Of a DNA stretch of 64,000 nucleotides, positions 48,201 through 56,365 are shown piece by piece. The stretch is from Candidatus Thorarchaeota archaeon. GTDB lineage: Archaea > Asgardarchaeota > Thorarchaeia > Thorarchaeales > Thorarchaeaceae. The number at the start of each line of letters is the position of its first letter. Within the stretch, counting starts at the first letter, position 1. Below the pieces are notes generated by a model. That model made no database searches, had not been told where the DNA came from, and saw only the letters and a program-made list of their open reading frames with translations. The position numbers were made by a program, and so were the translations under genes. The stretch spans positions 38,527-102,526 of the forward strand of contig JBHLRP010000002.1 of assembly GCA_048882485.1 (NCBI GenBank). Reading direction: 5' to 3'.

Positions 48201-49045
48201 TTGAAGAAAGCGCAAGTATTCAAAGAAAGGAATGCAGGGTTGGCATCGCCCAGATAGGAGTTTCCAAGACAAGCGATATCCTAAATGAATTCTATGAGAT
48301 GAAGACTGATGGCTTTCTAGGTCTTAGGCAGGATAAAGTCGAAGCTGTAAAATCCAGAGTCATAAGCATGATAGAATTCGCCTACAGAGAAGGTGTGAAC
48401 ATCCTACTATTCCCTGAAATGACCGTCGACCTCAATTACAACGAATTACTAGAAGACATAATCCGCCTAGCTAAGGAATACCGTATGTACATTATCCCAG
48501 GATCATATCATGACGATGATACAAAACAGAACCTCAGTACGGTTGTAGGACCAGAGGGAATCCTTTGGAAACAGGAGAAGCACATTCCAGCTACTATTCA
48601 CTATAAAGGTGAAAGGTTCACTGAGGAAATAGGATCCGGAACGCTCCCGAGGAGAACGTTCGTTTGTGACACAGAGTTTGGAAGGATTGCAATTGTTATA
48701 TGTCGAGACTTTCTGGACATGGACCTAAGGGTGGAGCTAAAGAACTTTGAACCTCCAGTGGATCTAGTGTTCAATCCAGCATTCACCCCGGTTACAGCAG
48801 ACTTCAAGGCAGCCCACTTTGATGCTCGAAGATCCATCTACGCCTATTGTTTCTTTGCAAATATTGCTGAGTTCGGAGATTCGCTCATTTACACTCCTGA
48901 AAAGGAACGTGTCGAAAGAAGTATACCACCGAGGGAGGAAGGTCTAATCTACAAGGATGTGCAGCTTTTCCAACTTCGTTCAGAACGCAAAAAGTGGGAA
49001 AAGAAGCAGGAGAAACAAAGGTCGTTTATACAAAGTACAAGATGA
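45218..49045 (+). CDS. TPR/alpha-solenoid protein with C-terminal nitrilase-family (carbon-nitrogen hydrolase) domain
   Basis: About 930 aa of TPR/SNAP-like helices; VGIAQ, LFPE, PGS, QEKHIP, GRIAIVICRDF, NPAF, FAN.AEFGDS.I..P. Confidence 0.88.
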   Translation: MMKKESSENLPGRERVEKIGSNWTEMIKLHKQAAESYLDQKKVREAAGAHKKLGYAYAQFAETVDTSGEYIDQTRSAIDAFRKAATLYKQIGNRQEELECIGEVFFFSGSVAGSNMELKKAFSKSREHFIESNELFTKENDQKGRARTLSRAALVSFYLILQSNDKQEAQRISQEGIAIAGESWELSKDVGNVQSLAESLYAAFSLCVAHMFVAPYRGDENWKEYNKKLLWKCDESIKAIEDCDNPLFISMVHLAAGTLYTFFGFNFIKHDREQREYTEKGFQLLEKALIFAKRANNKILILTSLWWLNWNALNTARYEHIQKRIFEDIWLMEEAGRIFAESYSFWFHAGKVMPGYCYANLLRMSYYTTAQRKAFAEKGIEYTMESMKKGTPGPTDVWLYSSLTWSHSLLATFADTKDKRNQHAQKMLQYARRAEEICEEFDGDWTRAAGYSSTYGAYKTLADIAESEKERIKHLSAAIDAARKYNQHPVESRTGIVASQIRLGLLYQELGILATKIEPLRKAKETFLSVIKESRDRGYHFYEAAGHEYAAHIEDRLGNHIASAEHYEKAQEAHTESLRTIDFKPMKERVEEKANYACAWNMIEKAKAFHRMSNYQKAKENYENACEILKELPSFDYEAYYYSAWAMQEDAEQLSRQEEHEDALERYEATRKSFDSAIKSLEETSTSLKKRYEKERIEKLKKVAKVRMNYCSGRADIERARILGKQGEHLAAAERFASAASEFKDVLTRFRIKTERMELEAVYNLCRAWESMELAENYDDADRFAEAASLFTEASKLFTDTKLKLLAKGNSAFCKALKNGCEFDESTETDVKASLYPKIKTTLRKAASAYRKGGYDGGADWALATSSYFDATWHLIKTDEELDIDKRKKLLKIATKYLKSAAELFSKSGHKHKEREILGRLDMVEKEERILVSALGTITEPSISRSTLGIVAPSCPTETSSSPRIGEVRQFTERASQVRIETSQRKYELIYENLLEESASIQRKECRVGIAQIGVSKTSDILNEFYEMKTDGFLGLRQDKVEAVKSRVISMIEFAYREGVNILLFPEMTVDLNYNELLEDIIRLAKEYRMYIIPGSYHDDDTKQNLSTVVGPEGILWKQEKHIPATIHYKGERFTEEIGSGTLPRRTFVCDTEFGRIAIVICRDFLDMDLRVELKNFEPPVDLVFNPAFTPVTADFKAAHFDARRSIYAYCFFANIAEFGDSLIYTPEKERVERSIPPREEGLIYKDVQLFQLRSERKKWEKKQEKQRSFIQSTR

Positions 49046-49133
49046 AGTGCCCCATTTGAAATCGTGAGAAGCTACTTTCCTATTGCTAGGAATCTTCTTA
49101 GCCTAGACAGTATTGCTCAGTGCAGGTTGTTAT

Positions 49134-50267
49134 ATGACTGACAGAAGCAGACTAGTATCATTAGCACAAGATCTAGTCGCTATCAACTCTGAAAATCCTC
49201 CTGGCAGTGAAGCAGAAGTTGCCAGTATTCTTCAAACCCATATGGAAGACCACGGCATCTCCTGTGTTTCCATCGGGCCTAGAGCGCGGCCCAATCTACT
49301 GTTCTCAACTATAGAGGATGAAATCGGTCCTCTCGTGATTCATGGGCATATGGATACGGTTCCAGTTGGTCCCAGAAACTCCTGGACGCATGACCCATTT
49401 GGAGGGGAGATAGTTGATGGCCTGCTTTTTGGAAGGGGTGCTGCAGACATGAAGGGGCCAGTGGCAGCCCTTGCTGAAACAATGATCCAATATAGTAACG
49501 AAAGGCACTTGACCCCCCTACTCATGCTTGCCACATCAGGTGAAGAGAGCGGCTTCACAGGTGCTGAAGAAGTCGCAAAGAATGGCCGCTTGAATGGAGT
49601 TCAATATGGCGTTTGCGCGGAACCAACTTCGCTTAATGTTTTAGTGGGAGAAAAGGGGATTTTTTGGTCAAGAGTTATCTCAGAAGGAAAGGCGGCCCAT
49701 GGCTCACGACCGGAGGAAGGAATCAATGCTATTGAACTATGTATTCAAGCACTCGAGGTCCTTACAGGGGCTGAGTATGACTATGAACCCGATTTTCTTC
49801 TAGGAACTCAGACGATAGGCGTTGGCCTCATAAAGGGGGGCGTCAAGGTGAATGTGGTCCCCGATACCTGTGAAGCGTTTCTAGATATGCGAATTGTCAA
49901 AGGTCAGACTCCTGAAAGCCTCCTCGATGATATGAACAGGCGACTCGTAGAGGCTGGTCTATCAGACCATGTGAGAGTAGAAACTGTCCATGGAGCATCT
50001 GCAACTATCACGCCTATTGATTCAGAGATTGTTTCAGTCAGTATCGATGCAGTCAGACATATCACTGGCATTGAGCCGAAACCAGCCGCAGCCACTTATG
50101 GAACAGACTGCTCTGTTCTTCAACCCAAAACTGGCATCACCAATGTGATATGCGGTCCCGGTTCAATTGAACAGGCCCATCAACCTGATGAATTCATAGA
50201 CATAGAGCAGCTGGTTCAGTCTGTTGGTGTCTATTTGGAAATTGCTCGACACTTTTCTGGGACATGA
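49134..50267 (+). CDS. M20-family metallopeptidase (ArgE/DapE-like)
   Basis: HGHMDTVP, GRGAADMKG, GEE, AEPT, G.AAHGS, NVVPD, GPG...QAH.PDE. Confidence 0.92.
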   Translation: MTDRSRLVSLAQDLVAINSENPPGSEAEVASILQTHMEDHGISCVSIGPRARPNLLFSTIEDEIGPLVIHGHMDTVPVGPRNSWTHDPFGGEIVDGLLFGRGAADMKGPVAALAETMIQYSNERHLTPLLMLATSGEESGFTGAEEVAKNGRLNGVQYGVCAEPTSLNVLVGEKGIFWSRVISEGKAAHGSRPEEGINAIELCIQALEVLTGAEYDYEPDFLLGTQTIGVGLIKGGVKVNVVPDTCEAFLDMRIVKGQTPESLLDDMNRRLVEAGLSDHVRVETVHGASATITPIDSEIVSVSIDAVRHITGIEPKPAAATYGTDCSVLQPKTGITNVICGPGSIEQAHQPDEFIDIEQLVQSVGVYLEIARHFSGT

Positions 50268-50358
50268 TACTGGTCATCTTGCATAGGAGAAACCTTAAAG
50301 TTGACCTTTGGCAGTGGAGCCCTTTAGAAGACCATCCGCTTAGATGGGGCGTCTATTT

Positions 50359-50886
50359 ATGCAAATTGACGTGATTCTTGACCAATTGACGGAAATCGTT
50401 ATGGATCCGATATTCCAGTTGCTTGTACTGTTCTTCATCATCCTCGCTGTAGTGATATTCGCCTTAAGAAGAAGGGGCGGGCCATCTAGGTCTCCTGTTG
50501 TAGGGAAAATACAGAAGATGATTGGGGATGTGGAGAGGGAACGCGCTATCAAGGTGCCTGAGGTTAAATCACGGAGTACTATAGTCACAGATATTTTTGA
50601 GAGCGAGATGAAATCAGTGGGGCTTCAACCCTCCACTGAATCAGGGTATATCCCTGTTTCATACACTCCACTTGCCCGATTTCTAGCTGAACGAGGTATT
50701 GCTAACGATATTGCATCGGCGATTTCTGCTGGACTCAAGGAAGAGGAAACCGAAGAGGACGTTCGAAATATAATAGACGCGGCTGCAGGCACTCCTGACA
50801 TCGATCTTACCCCTGAAGAGATCCAGAAAGCACAGGACCTTGCTGTGGAAGAATGGAATCGGGTAAGGAAGTCAACTGGGACTTGA
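50359..50886 (+). CDS. Single-TM membrane-anchored hypothetical protein
   Basis: TM followed by RRRGG, then an acidic helical domain. Confidence 0.7.
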   Translation: MQIDVILDQLTEIVMDPIFQLLVLFFIILAVVIFALRRRGGPSRSPVVGKIQKMIGDVERERAIKVPEVKSRSTIVTDIFESEMKSVGLQPSTESGYIPVSYTPLARFLAERGIANDIASAISAGLKEEETEEDVRNIIDAAAGTPDIDLTPEEIQKAQDLAVEEWNRVRKSTGT

Positions 50887-50896
50887 GGCTGTTCCA

Positions 50897-51625
50897 ATGA
50901 CTGATCTACTATACATGAGCGATAACTATCTGCGGGAATTCGATGCGATTATCCAGATGGTCGCAGAAGACTATCTTGTACTGGACCAGACTGCGTTCTA
51001 CTATTTAGGAGGAGGACAAAGCAGTGATCGTGGAAGTCTTTCCTCTGAAGGCACATCCCTAATGATACACGAAGTCAGGAAGGCTGAAGGGGAAATCCGC
51101 CATTACGTCAAGGGCTCAATTCCGTTCGATGTAGGTACTAAGGTTCACGGTGAGCTAGATTGGGACTATAGATACGAATGCATGCGCTTTCATACTGCAC
51201 AGCATCTTCTATCTCGATACTTACAACTGGAATATGGCCTCACTACTGTCGGAAATATGATTAAACCCGGGCGGAGTAGAGCTGACTTCACACCTATGCA
51301 TTCTTTTGATGATGCTATGAAGCGCGACGTAGAGGCGGGGGTCAATGCCCTTTTTGCTAAGGAAATGGATGTTGAAACCAGAATGATGCCTCGTGCTGAA
51401 GCAATCGCATTCCTCAATGAGCATGGATATCAAACTCGCTATCTTGAAATGGTTCCAGAAAGTGTTACTGAATTCAGGGTTCTTGTTATCGGAGATTATG
51501 ACGCTGCTTCATGTGCAGGTACTCATATTGCAAATACGCGAGAGATAGGCACCATCAAGATAGGAAAAAGCAAGAATGTCGGTGCGGGGAAACAGAGGAT
51601 ATATTTCTCGCTCGAACCTCCTTAA
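50897..51625 (+). CDS. alaX: Alanyl-tRNA editing protein AlaX
   Basis: LDQTAFY..GGGQ..D.G, HTAQH, CAGTH. Confidence 0.92.
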   Translation: MTDLLYMSDNYLREFDAIIQMVAEDYLVLDQTAFYYLGGGQSSDRGSLSSEGTSLMIHEVRKAEGEIRHYVKGSIPFDVGTKVHGELDWDYRYECMRFHTAQHLLSRYLQLEYGLTTVGNMIKPGRSRADFTPMHSFDDAMKRDVEAGVNALFAKEMDVETRMMPRAEAIAFLNEHGYQTRYLEMVPESVTEFRVLVIGDYDAASCAGTHIANTREIGTIKIGKSKNVGAGKQRIYFSLEPP

Positions 51626-51686
51626 GCAAAGCTACCAACCAACAGTTTTATGCAAAGTTGCATCACCAAAGGATGTGGTTGTATCC

Positions 51687-52964
51687 ATGAAAGCACTCGT
51701 TCTGACAGCTGGCCAAGGACTCAGACTGCGGCCTCTCACTTCGAGCAGGTCAAAGACAATGCTCATGATAGCAGGAAGGCCCGTTCTACAATACATCATT
51801 GACAGTTTGAAAGACAATGGTATACGTGATATTGTGATTGTAGTGGGACATGGTCGCGAGGAATTAATCGATCACTTCCAGATGGGTGGCGATCAAGGAG
51901 TCAGAATTCGATACGTCATTCAGCACGAGCAAAAAGGTGTGGAGCATGCAATTCTCCAGGCAAAAGATGAACTTGAAGGCGAAGAGGAATTTCTCCTTGT
52001 GAATGGAGACGTTCTAGTTGAATCTGAGATGGTTGAGCGCACTCTTTCGAATCATAGCTCTGCGAATTCCGACATCACCATGCTTGTGACACTCGTTTCA
52101 AATCCTGAGCAATTTGGAACCGTGAAGATGGGAAAACATGGAGTTGTGGAGAAGCTAGTTGAGAAAGGTGGGCCTGATAGATATGTGAGCAATTATGCAG
52201 TTGCTGGAGTTTCTGTTCTCAAATCTGATGTAATACCACTTCTCGAGAAACATGAAACAATGGAATATACTGTTGAGAAGCTGATTGGAAAGGGCAGGAC
52301 AGTTAATGCAGTAGTCTGGGAAAAGGAGTGGGCGGAGTTCACATGGCCTTGGGATATTCTCAATGCCAACCGGATTGTAATGGATAGAGAATTGAAAGGC
52401 AAGGGCAGTTTCATTGCAGAATCTGCTGAAATACACAAGAATGTGGTTCTAGAGGGACCAGTTTTTATTGATGAAGGTAGCATCATTAGACCTGGAGCGA
52501 CAATTCGAGGTCCAGTATACATCAGCAAGAATGTCTATGTGGGCAATAATTCGCTTGTGCGGGATTACTCCAGTCTGTGTGAAGGTGTTCATCTTGGATA
52601 TGCTGTCGAAATGAGGAACTCAATGGTCTTCGATAATGTGATGGTTGGCAGACTCACCTTCGTAGCCGATTCCATTATTGGCAGGGACTCGTGCATCGAG
52701 GCCGGAGCTCAAATGTGGAATTGGCGACCTGGCGGCAAAGCAATCAAGCTGCAATTTGGTGATGAAGAGGTTGAAGTACCAATCAAGAAGCTTGGTGCAA
52801 TCATTGGGGATCAAGTCGTCATAGGAGTCAATGCATCAGTTATGCCTGGCAAACGCATTGGGGACGCAAGCACAATTGCCCCGGGATGTGTCATCAATCA
52901 AGACATACCACCAGATAGTGATGTCACTGTGAAGCAGCAAATCACGATTAAAAAGAAGAAGTAA
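51687..52964 (+). CDS. Bifunctional sugar-1-phosphate nucleotidylyltransferase/acetyltransferase (archaeal GlmU-like)
   Basis: LTAGQGLRLRPLT..R.K, NGD, VEK, PWD.L.AN, hexapeptide repeats, KLGAIIGD. Confidence 0.9.
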   Translation: MKALVLTAGQGLRLRPLTSSRSKTMLMIAGRPVLQYIIDSLKDNGIRDIVIVVGHGREELIDHFQMGGDQGVRIRYVIQHEQKGVEHAILQAKDELEGEEEFLLVNGDVLVESEMVERTLSNHSSANSDITMLVTLVSNPEQFGTVKMGKHGVVEKLVEKGGPDRYVSNYAVAGVSVLKSDVIPLLEKHETMEYTVEKLIGKGRTVNAVVWEKEWAEFTWPWDILNANRIVMDRELKGKGSFIAESAEIHKNVVLEGPVFIDEGSIIRPGATIRGPVYISKNVYVGNNSLVRDYSSLCEGVHLGYAVEMRNSMVFDNVMVGRLTFVADSIIGRDSCIEAGAQMWNWRPGGKAIKLQFGDEEVEVPIKKLGAIIGDQVVIGVNASVMPGKRIGDASTIAPGCVINQDIPPDSDVTVKQQITIKKKK

Positions 52965-52978
52965 ACGGCATCATGCCA

Positions 52979-53653
52979 TCATTTTTCCCATGGGACCTCT
53001 GCAATGACCTCGTCATCTGCATACACATAGAGAATGTCATCACGAAGGAGCAATTTCAAATCGTAGTCGGCTCGAATTTCTCTTACTCTAATTGCTTTTC
53101 CTTCAATCATCAGGATTGAGTGCACGGTACCATCATAAATCGCAGTATCGTGCATCATCTTGAACAGCTCTCTCCTTTTAGATGGCAGAATTCTAAAGTC
53201 CTCAAGGAGCTGCTCAAGTACTCTTCCTTCATGGTCGTTGAGTAATTCCCTAATGCTTTGAAAGCCTAAGTAGCGGTCCTTCCCTTTTTCAATTACATGA
53301 TCCTTATACTTGTTGACAAATGCGCGTTCTACTGCTAGGTAGTGACCTAGACCACGGCTGATGGCATCCAAATCAGTCGCTTCTTCAGACGAATCGTGTC
53401 CTTTTGCAGGATGGCTGATTTCATGAGCCAGTAATCCGATTATCGCAGGTTCAGGCCAACCCATAACATCTTGATGGCATGTGATGTTAATTGCACCCAC
53501 ATCGCTCCATCTCACTTGTCCGTAGGATTTCAAAGCACCTGCACATGCTCTGATATTCCTGCCTGCTAGTTCGGGGTATGCATGTACTACGAGCCTGCGC
53601 ACCAACTTGCCAATGTCACTTGATTGTACTGGCACCTTAATCCCTTGATTCAA
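52979..53653 (-). CDS. Zincin-like (HExxH) hypothetical protein
   Basis: GLLAHEISH, E..TD..AI.RG.G. Confidence 0.7.
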   Translation of the reverse strand: MNQGIKVPVQSSDIGKLVRRLVVHAYPELAGRNIRACAGALKSYGQVRWSDVGAINITCHQDVMGWPEPAIIGLLAHEISHPAKGHDSSEEATDLDAISRGLGHYLAVERAFVNKYKDHVIEKGKDRYLGFQSIRELLNDHEGRVLEQLLEDFRILPSKRRELFKMMHDTAIYDGTVHSILMIEGKAIRVREIRADYDLKLLLRDDILYVYADDEVIAEVPWEK

Positions 53654-53757
53654 CTATCAGGAGCACGAATAGAGCTCTGAATAGTTGGAGCAATGAGCAC
53701 CTTTAAAAGTCGAACCCAAAACCTTCGCGTGATTCCTCAACAATTGAAAGGAGAGTA

Positions 53758-54669
53758 ATTGCTATCAGTCGGAAAAAATGGGGCAAGACAGCTGCAAAGA
53801 CAGAAAGAGTCGTCAGAGATGCCATTCTGAAGCCAGATGTAGAGGCCAATATAGACGAGTATCTTGCGAAAGTCCGCTCTGTAACCCAGTATGACCTTGC
53901 AAACCGATTTGGTGTTAGAATGAGTGTTGCGCGACAGATCCTCCGGCGGAAAGAATCAGATGGTGTTCTTGTTCCATACATTCGGGAGGGCGGCCTTGAG
54001 GTCTACACAACACCTGCTGAATTGGAGAAGCGAGAGTCAGAAGCCCCAATAATGATTGCAGATGCTCTTGAGGAGGTTGCCTCTTCTGTACCGAAAGCTG
54101 CAGTCATCACCGAGGAAATGGATGCAGAACTAATAGCAGCATCATCAGCAGGCAGTGTTGTGAAGCCCAGCAGGTTGGCGCGGCAGAGAAGAGAAGCAGG
54201 AGAGAAGAAGGAGGAGAAATCCAAAGCAAAACTTCCTGAAGTTATTGTTGAGCCACTAGTGGAGCCTGTTGAGATTCCGCCTCAGCCCGAGCCTGAAACA
54301 ACGCCCAAGCCAAAAGCCAAGCCGAAGAAGAAGGTCACAAAGAAGAAGGCTGAGGAAAAAGCCAAGCCTAAGAAGAAGGTCACAAAGAAGAAGGCCGAGG
54401 AAAAGGCCAAGCCTAAGAAGAAGGTCACGAAGAAGAAGGCCGAGGAAAAGGCCAAGCCTAAGAAGAAGGTCACGAAGAAGAAGGCCGAGGAAGAAGCTAA
54501 GCCTAAGAAGAAGGTCACGAAGAAAAAAGCCGAGGAGAAACCTAGGAAGACCACGGCTAAAAAGACTGAGGGCAAATCCACAGCTAAGAAGACTACTACA
54601 AAGAAGACCACGAAAAAAGTCGAAGAAAAGCCTAAGGCAAAGAAAACGACGAAGAAATCAGACAAGTGA
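53758..54669 (+). CDS. rps25e: Ribosomal protein eS25 with long acidic and Lys-rich repeat extension; non-canonical start (ATT 53758 or ATC 53764)
   Basis: The frame upstream of ATG 53920 reads RKKWGK...VRSVTQYDLANRFGVRMSVARQILR..ESDGVL.......VYT, the eS25 winged helix. Confidence 0.85.
   Translation: MAISRKKWGKTAAKTERVVRDAILKPDVEANIDEYLAKVRSVTQYDLANRFGVRMSVARQILRRKESDGVLVPYIREGGLEVYTTPAELEKRESEAPIMIADALEEVASSVPKAAVITEEMDAELIAASSAGSVVKPSRLARQRREAGEKKEEKSKAKLPEVIVEPLVEPVEIPPQPEPETTPKPKAKPKKKVTKKKAEEKAKPKKKVTKKKAEEKAKPKKKVTKKKAEEKAKPKKKVTKKKAEEEAKPKKKVTKKKAEEKPRKTTAKKTEGKSTAKKTTTKKTTKKVEEKPKAKKTTKKSDK
54316..54540 (+). repeat. 5 x 45-nt tandem repeat encoding AKPKKKVTKKKAEE(K/E)
   Basis: Units start at 54316, 54361, 54406, 54451 and 54496. 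Confidence 0.95.
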
Positions 54670-54826
54670 GAGTCGTTCTTCAATCATTCAGATAGCATAA
54701 TTGTCCATCCCACTTCAATCTCTTCAATTCGCGTTCCATTAGCATACATGTGAATGTGAATTTAGAAAAAGAAGCTAGGGGCTGACCAAAGTCCAAATAC
54801 AGCCTATTGGCCGCCTCGTTCCATCA

Positions 54827-55378
54827 CTACTTCAGACCTGCGATCTGACGATCAATCTCTTCAAGCTGGGTATCCAGCTCGGCTTCCTTGGATTTGTAAT
54901 CATCTTCTGGAATGTAGCCTCTCATGTAGTCAAATCGGAGATCTGTGAGTGACGCTTTTAATCGGTCCTTCTGCTGAAGCAGAAAATCTAGTTGGTCACT
55001 GCCCTCAGCAGCAACGGGTTCAGCAGCAGGTGCCGCAGCCGGTTCCGGAGCAGGCGCAGGGGCTGCTGCAGGAGTTGGCTCTGGCGTGGGCGTCGTTTCT
55101 GCTGATGGAGCTGGAGCTGGAGTGGGTTCAGCTACTGGTGCAGCTGCTGCTGGAGCAGCTGTCTTTACACTCTCCATTTCCTCCATGTTCTTTCTCAGAG
55201 TATCAATCTGATTTGCGATTTCCGTGAAGCTATCATTAATCGTTTTGTTAATTGCCGTCTTCATCTTGGCGAGGTTCTCTGCCAACTGATCGGCAAGCTT
55301 CTTGGTTTCTGCAACCTTCATAGCGTAGGTTTCGATTTCCTTCAGCTTTGTAGTTAATTCACCTATGTCAAAGGCCAT
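54827..55378 (-). CDS. Coiled coil - Ala/Pro linker - helical hairpin (CdvA-alpha/SHOCT-like) protein
   Basis: N-terminal heptads; APAAAAP linker; L.DL.FDY..G.IPEDDY...EAEL. Confidence 0.8.
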   Translation of the reverse strand: MAFDIGELTTKLKEIETYAMKVAETKKLADQLAENLAKMKTAINKTINDSFTEIANQIDTLRKNMEEMESVKTAAPAAAAPVAEPTPAPAPSAETTPTPEPTPAAAPAPAPEPAAAPAAEPVAAEGSDQLDFLLQQKDRLKASLTDLRFDYMRGYIPEDDYKSKEAELDTQLEEIDRQIAGLK

Positions 55379-55512
55379 GAAATGTCACCTTAGTATAGCC
55401 TACTATATCGATAGTGCTAGTGCATGGTTCTTAACCTTTGCCGTGGTGGATATTCCATTTAAAGCCCAAATTCAGGCAACTCTCCACCTACGGTGGCAAC
55501 TCTTGATACTCC

Positions 55513-56364
55513 TTATGCAGCCTTGGTTTCGGCTTTCCCCTCAAGAATTGCTTTGCGAATTATCTGAATCAACCGGTCTCTATATGAAATATCGATAGCG
55601 ACCAATTCGTAGGTTGGGATGCCAAGAATCTGTCCAACTCTCTCAGGTGTCAATGCGGTAGGCAGATCTTGCTTATTGGCAATGCCAATTACTTTCGCTT
55701 CAGGAACTTCGTCCTTTACCAGTGTGACCAGTTTCTTGCTTCGAAGGACATTCTCAAGAGTGCTGTCTGTGACAATCACTACGACTTGTGCATTCGCAAT
55801 CATTTTCGCCCATAAAATGCTAAATCTTGACTGACCGGCCAAATCCCAGAGCACAATGTTGGCGTTCTGAACTTCTTCCGGAAGCCGCTTAATGCTCACA
55901 CCAATCGTCGGATCGTGGACAAGAGGAAGTGTTTCGCCTCTTAGTAAATGCAGAGTTGTTGTCTTACCCACACCCGCGAAACCGAGTATCGCAACTTTGA
56001 CCATGGTTACAGCAATTTCATCCACTTTGGCATCGAATCCGTCCAAGGGCTGCTTGGCTGTGGCTAGGTTAGCAAAGTCCTTCATGAATGTTTCAACCAT
56101 TTGGGTCATCTTGTCTTCAATCTGTACTGAATCGTCTGCTTTATCAGCAACAAAGACGAAAGTGAAGAAGTCTCTCTGAGCGAAGAATATTCGAGAAATG
56201 GCTACGTTCATAAACTCAGTCTTTCCTTCAAGATCGACACTCCTAAGGAAATGGACAAGATTCACAAGAAACTCAACCAGACTTGCCTTTGAGTCACTCT
56301 TAGCATATTCTTTGGAGTAGAGAACGTTTCCTTCTTGACCCAAAATATATACACTTCGAATCAA
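55513..56364 (-). CDS. Longin-domain fused small GTPase (Arf/Rab-like)
   Basis: TTG 56364: IRSVYIL...G.VLYSKEY longin start; G1 GFAGVGKTT, G2 PTIG, G3 WDLAGQ, G4 NKQD, G5 VAI. Confidence 0.9.
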   Translation of the reverse strand: MIRSVYILGQEGNVLYSKEYAKSDSKASLVEFLVNLVHFLRSVDLEGKTEFMNVAISRIFFAQRDFFTFVFVADKADDSVQIEDKMTQMVETFMKDFANLATAKQPLDGFDAKVDEIAVTMVKVAILGFAGVGKTTTLHLLRGETLPLVHDPTIGVSIKRLPEEVQNANIVLWDLAGQSRFSILWAKMIANAQVVVIVTDSTLENVLRSKKLVTLVKDEVPEAKVIGIANKQDLPTALTPERVGQILGIPTYELVAIDISYRDRLIQIIRKAILEGKAETKAA

Positions 56365-56365
56365 C

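Noticed and set aside
54316-54540. Regular 45-nt repeats as a CRISPR array
   Set aside because: Head-to-tail with no spacers, in frame within a CDS, and no cas genes
54269-54700. Arg-rich alternative-frame ORF and Phe-rich antisense ORF
   Set aside because: By-products of the Lys-codon repeat in rps25e
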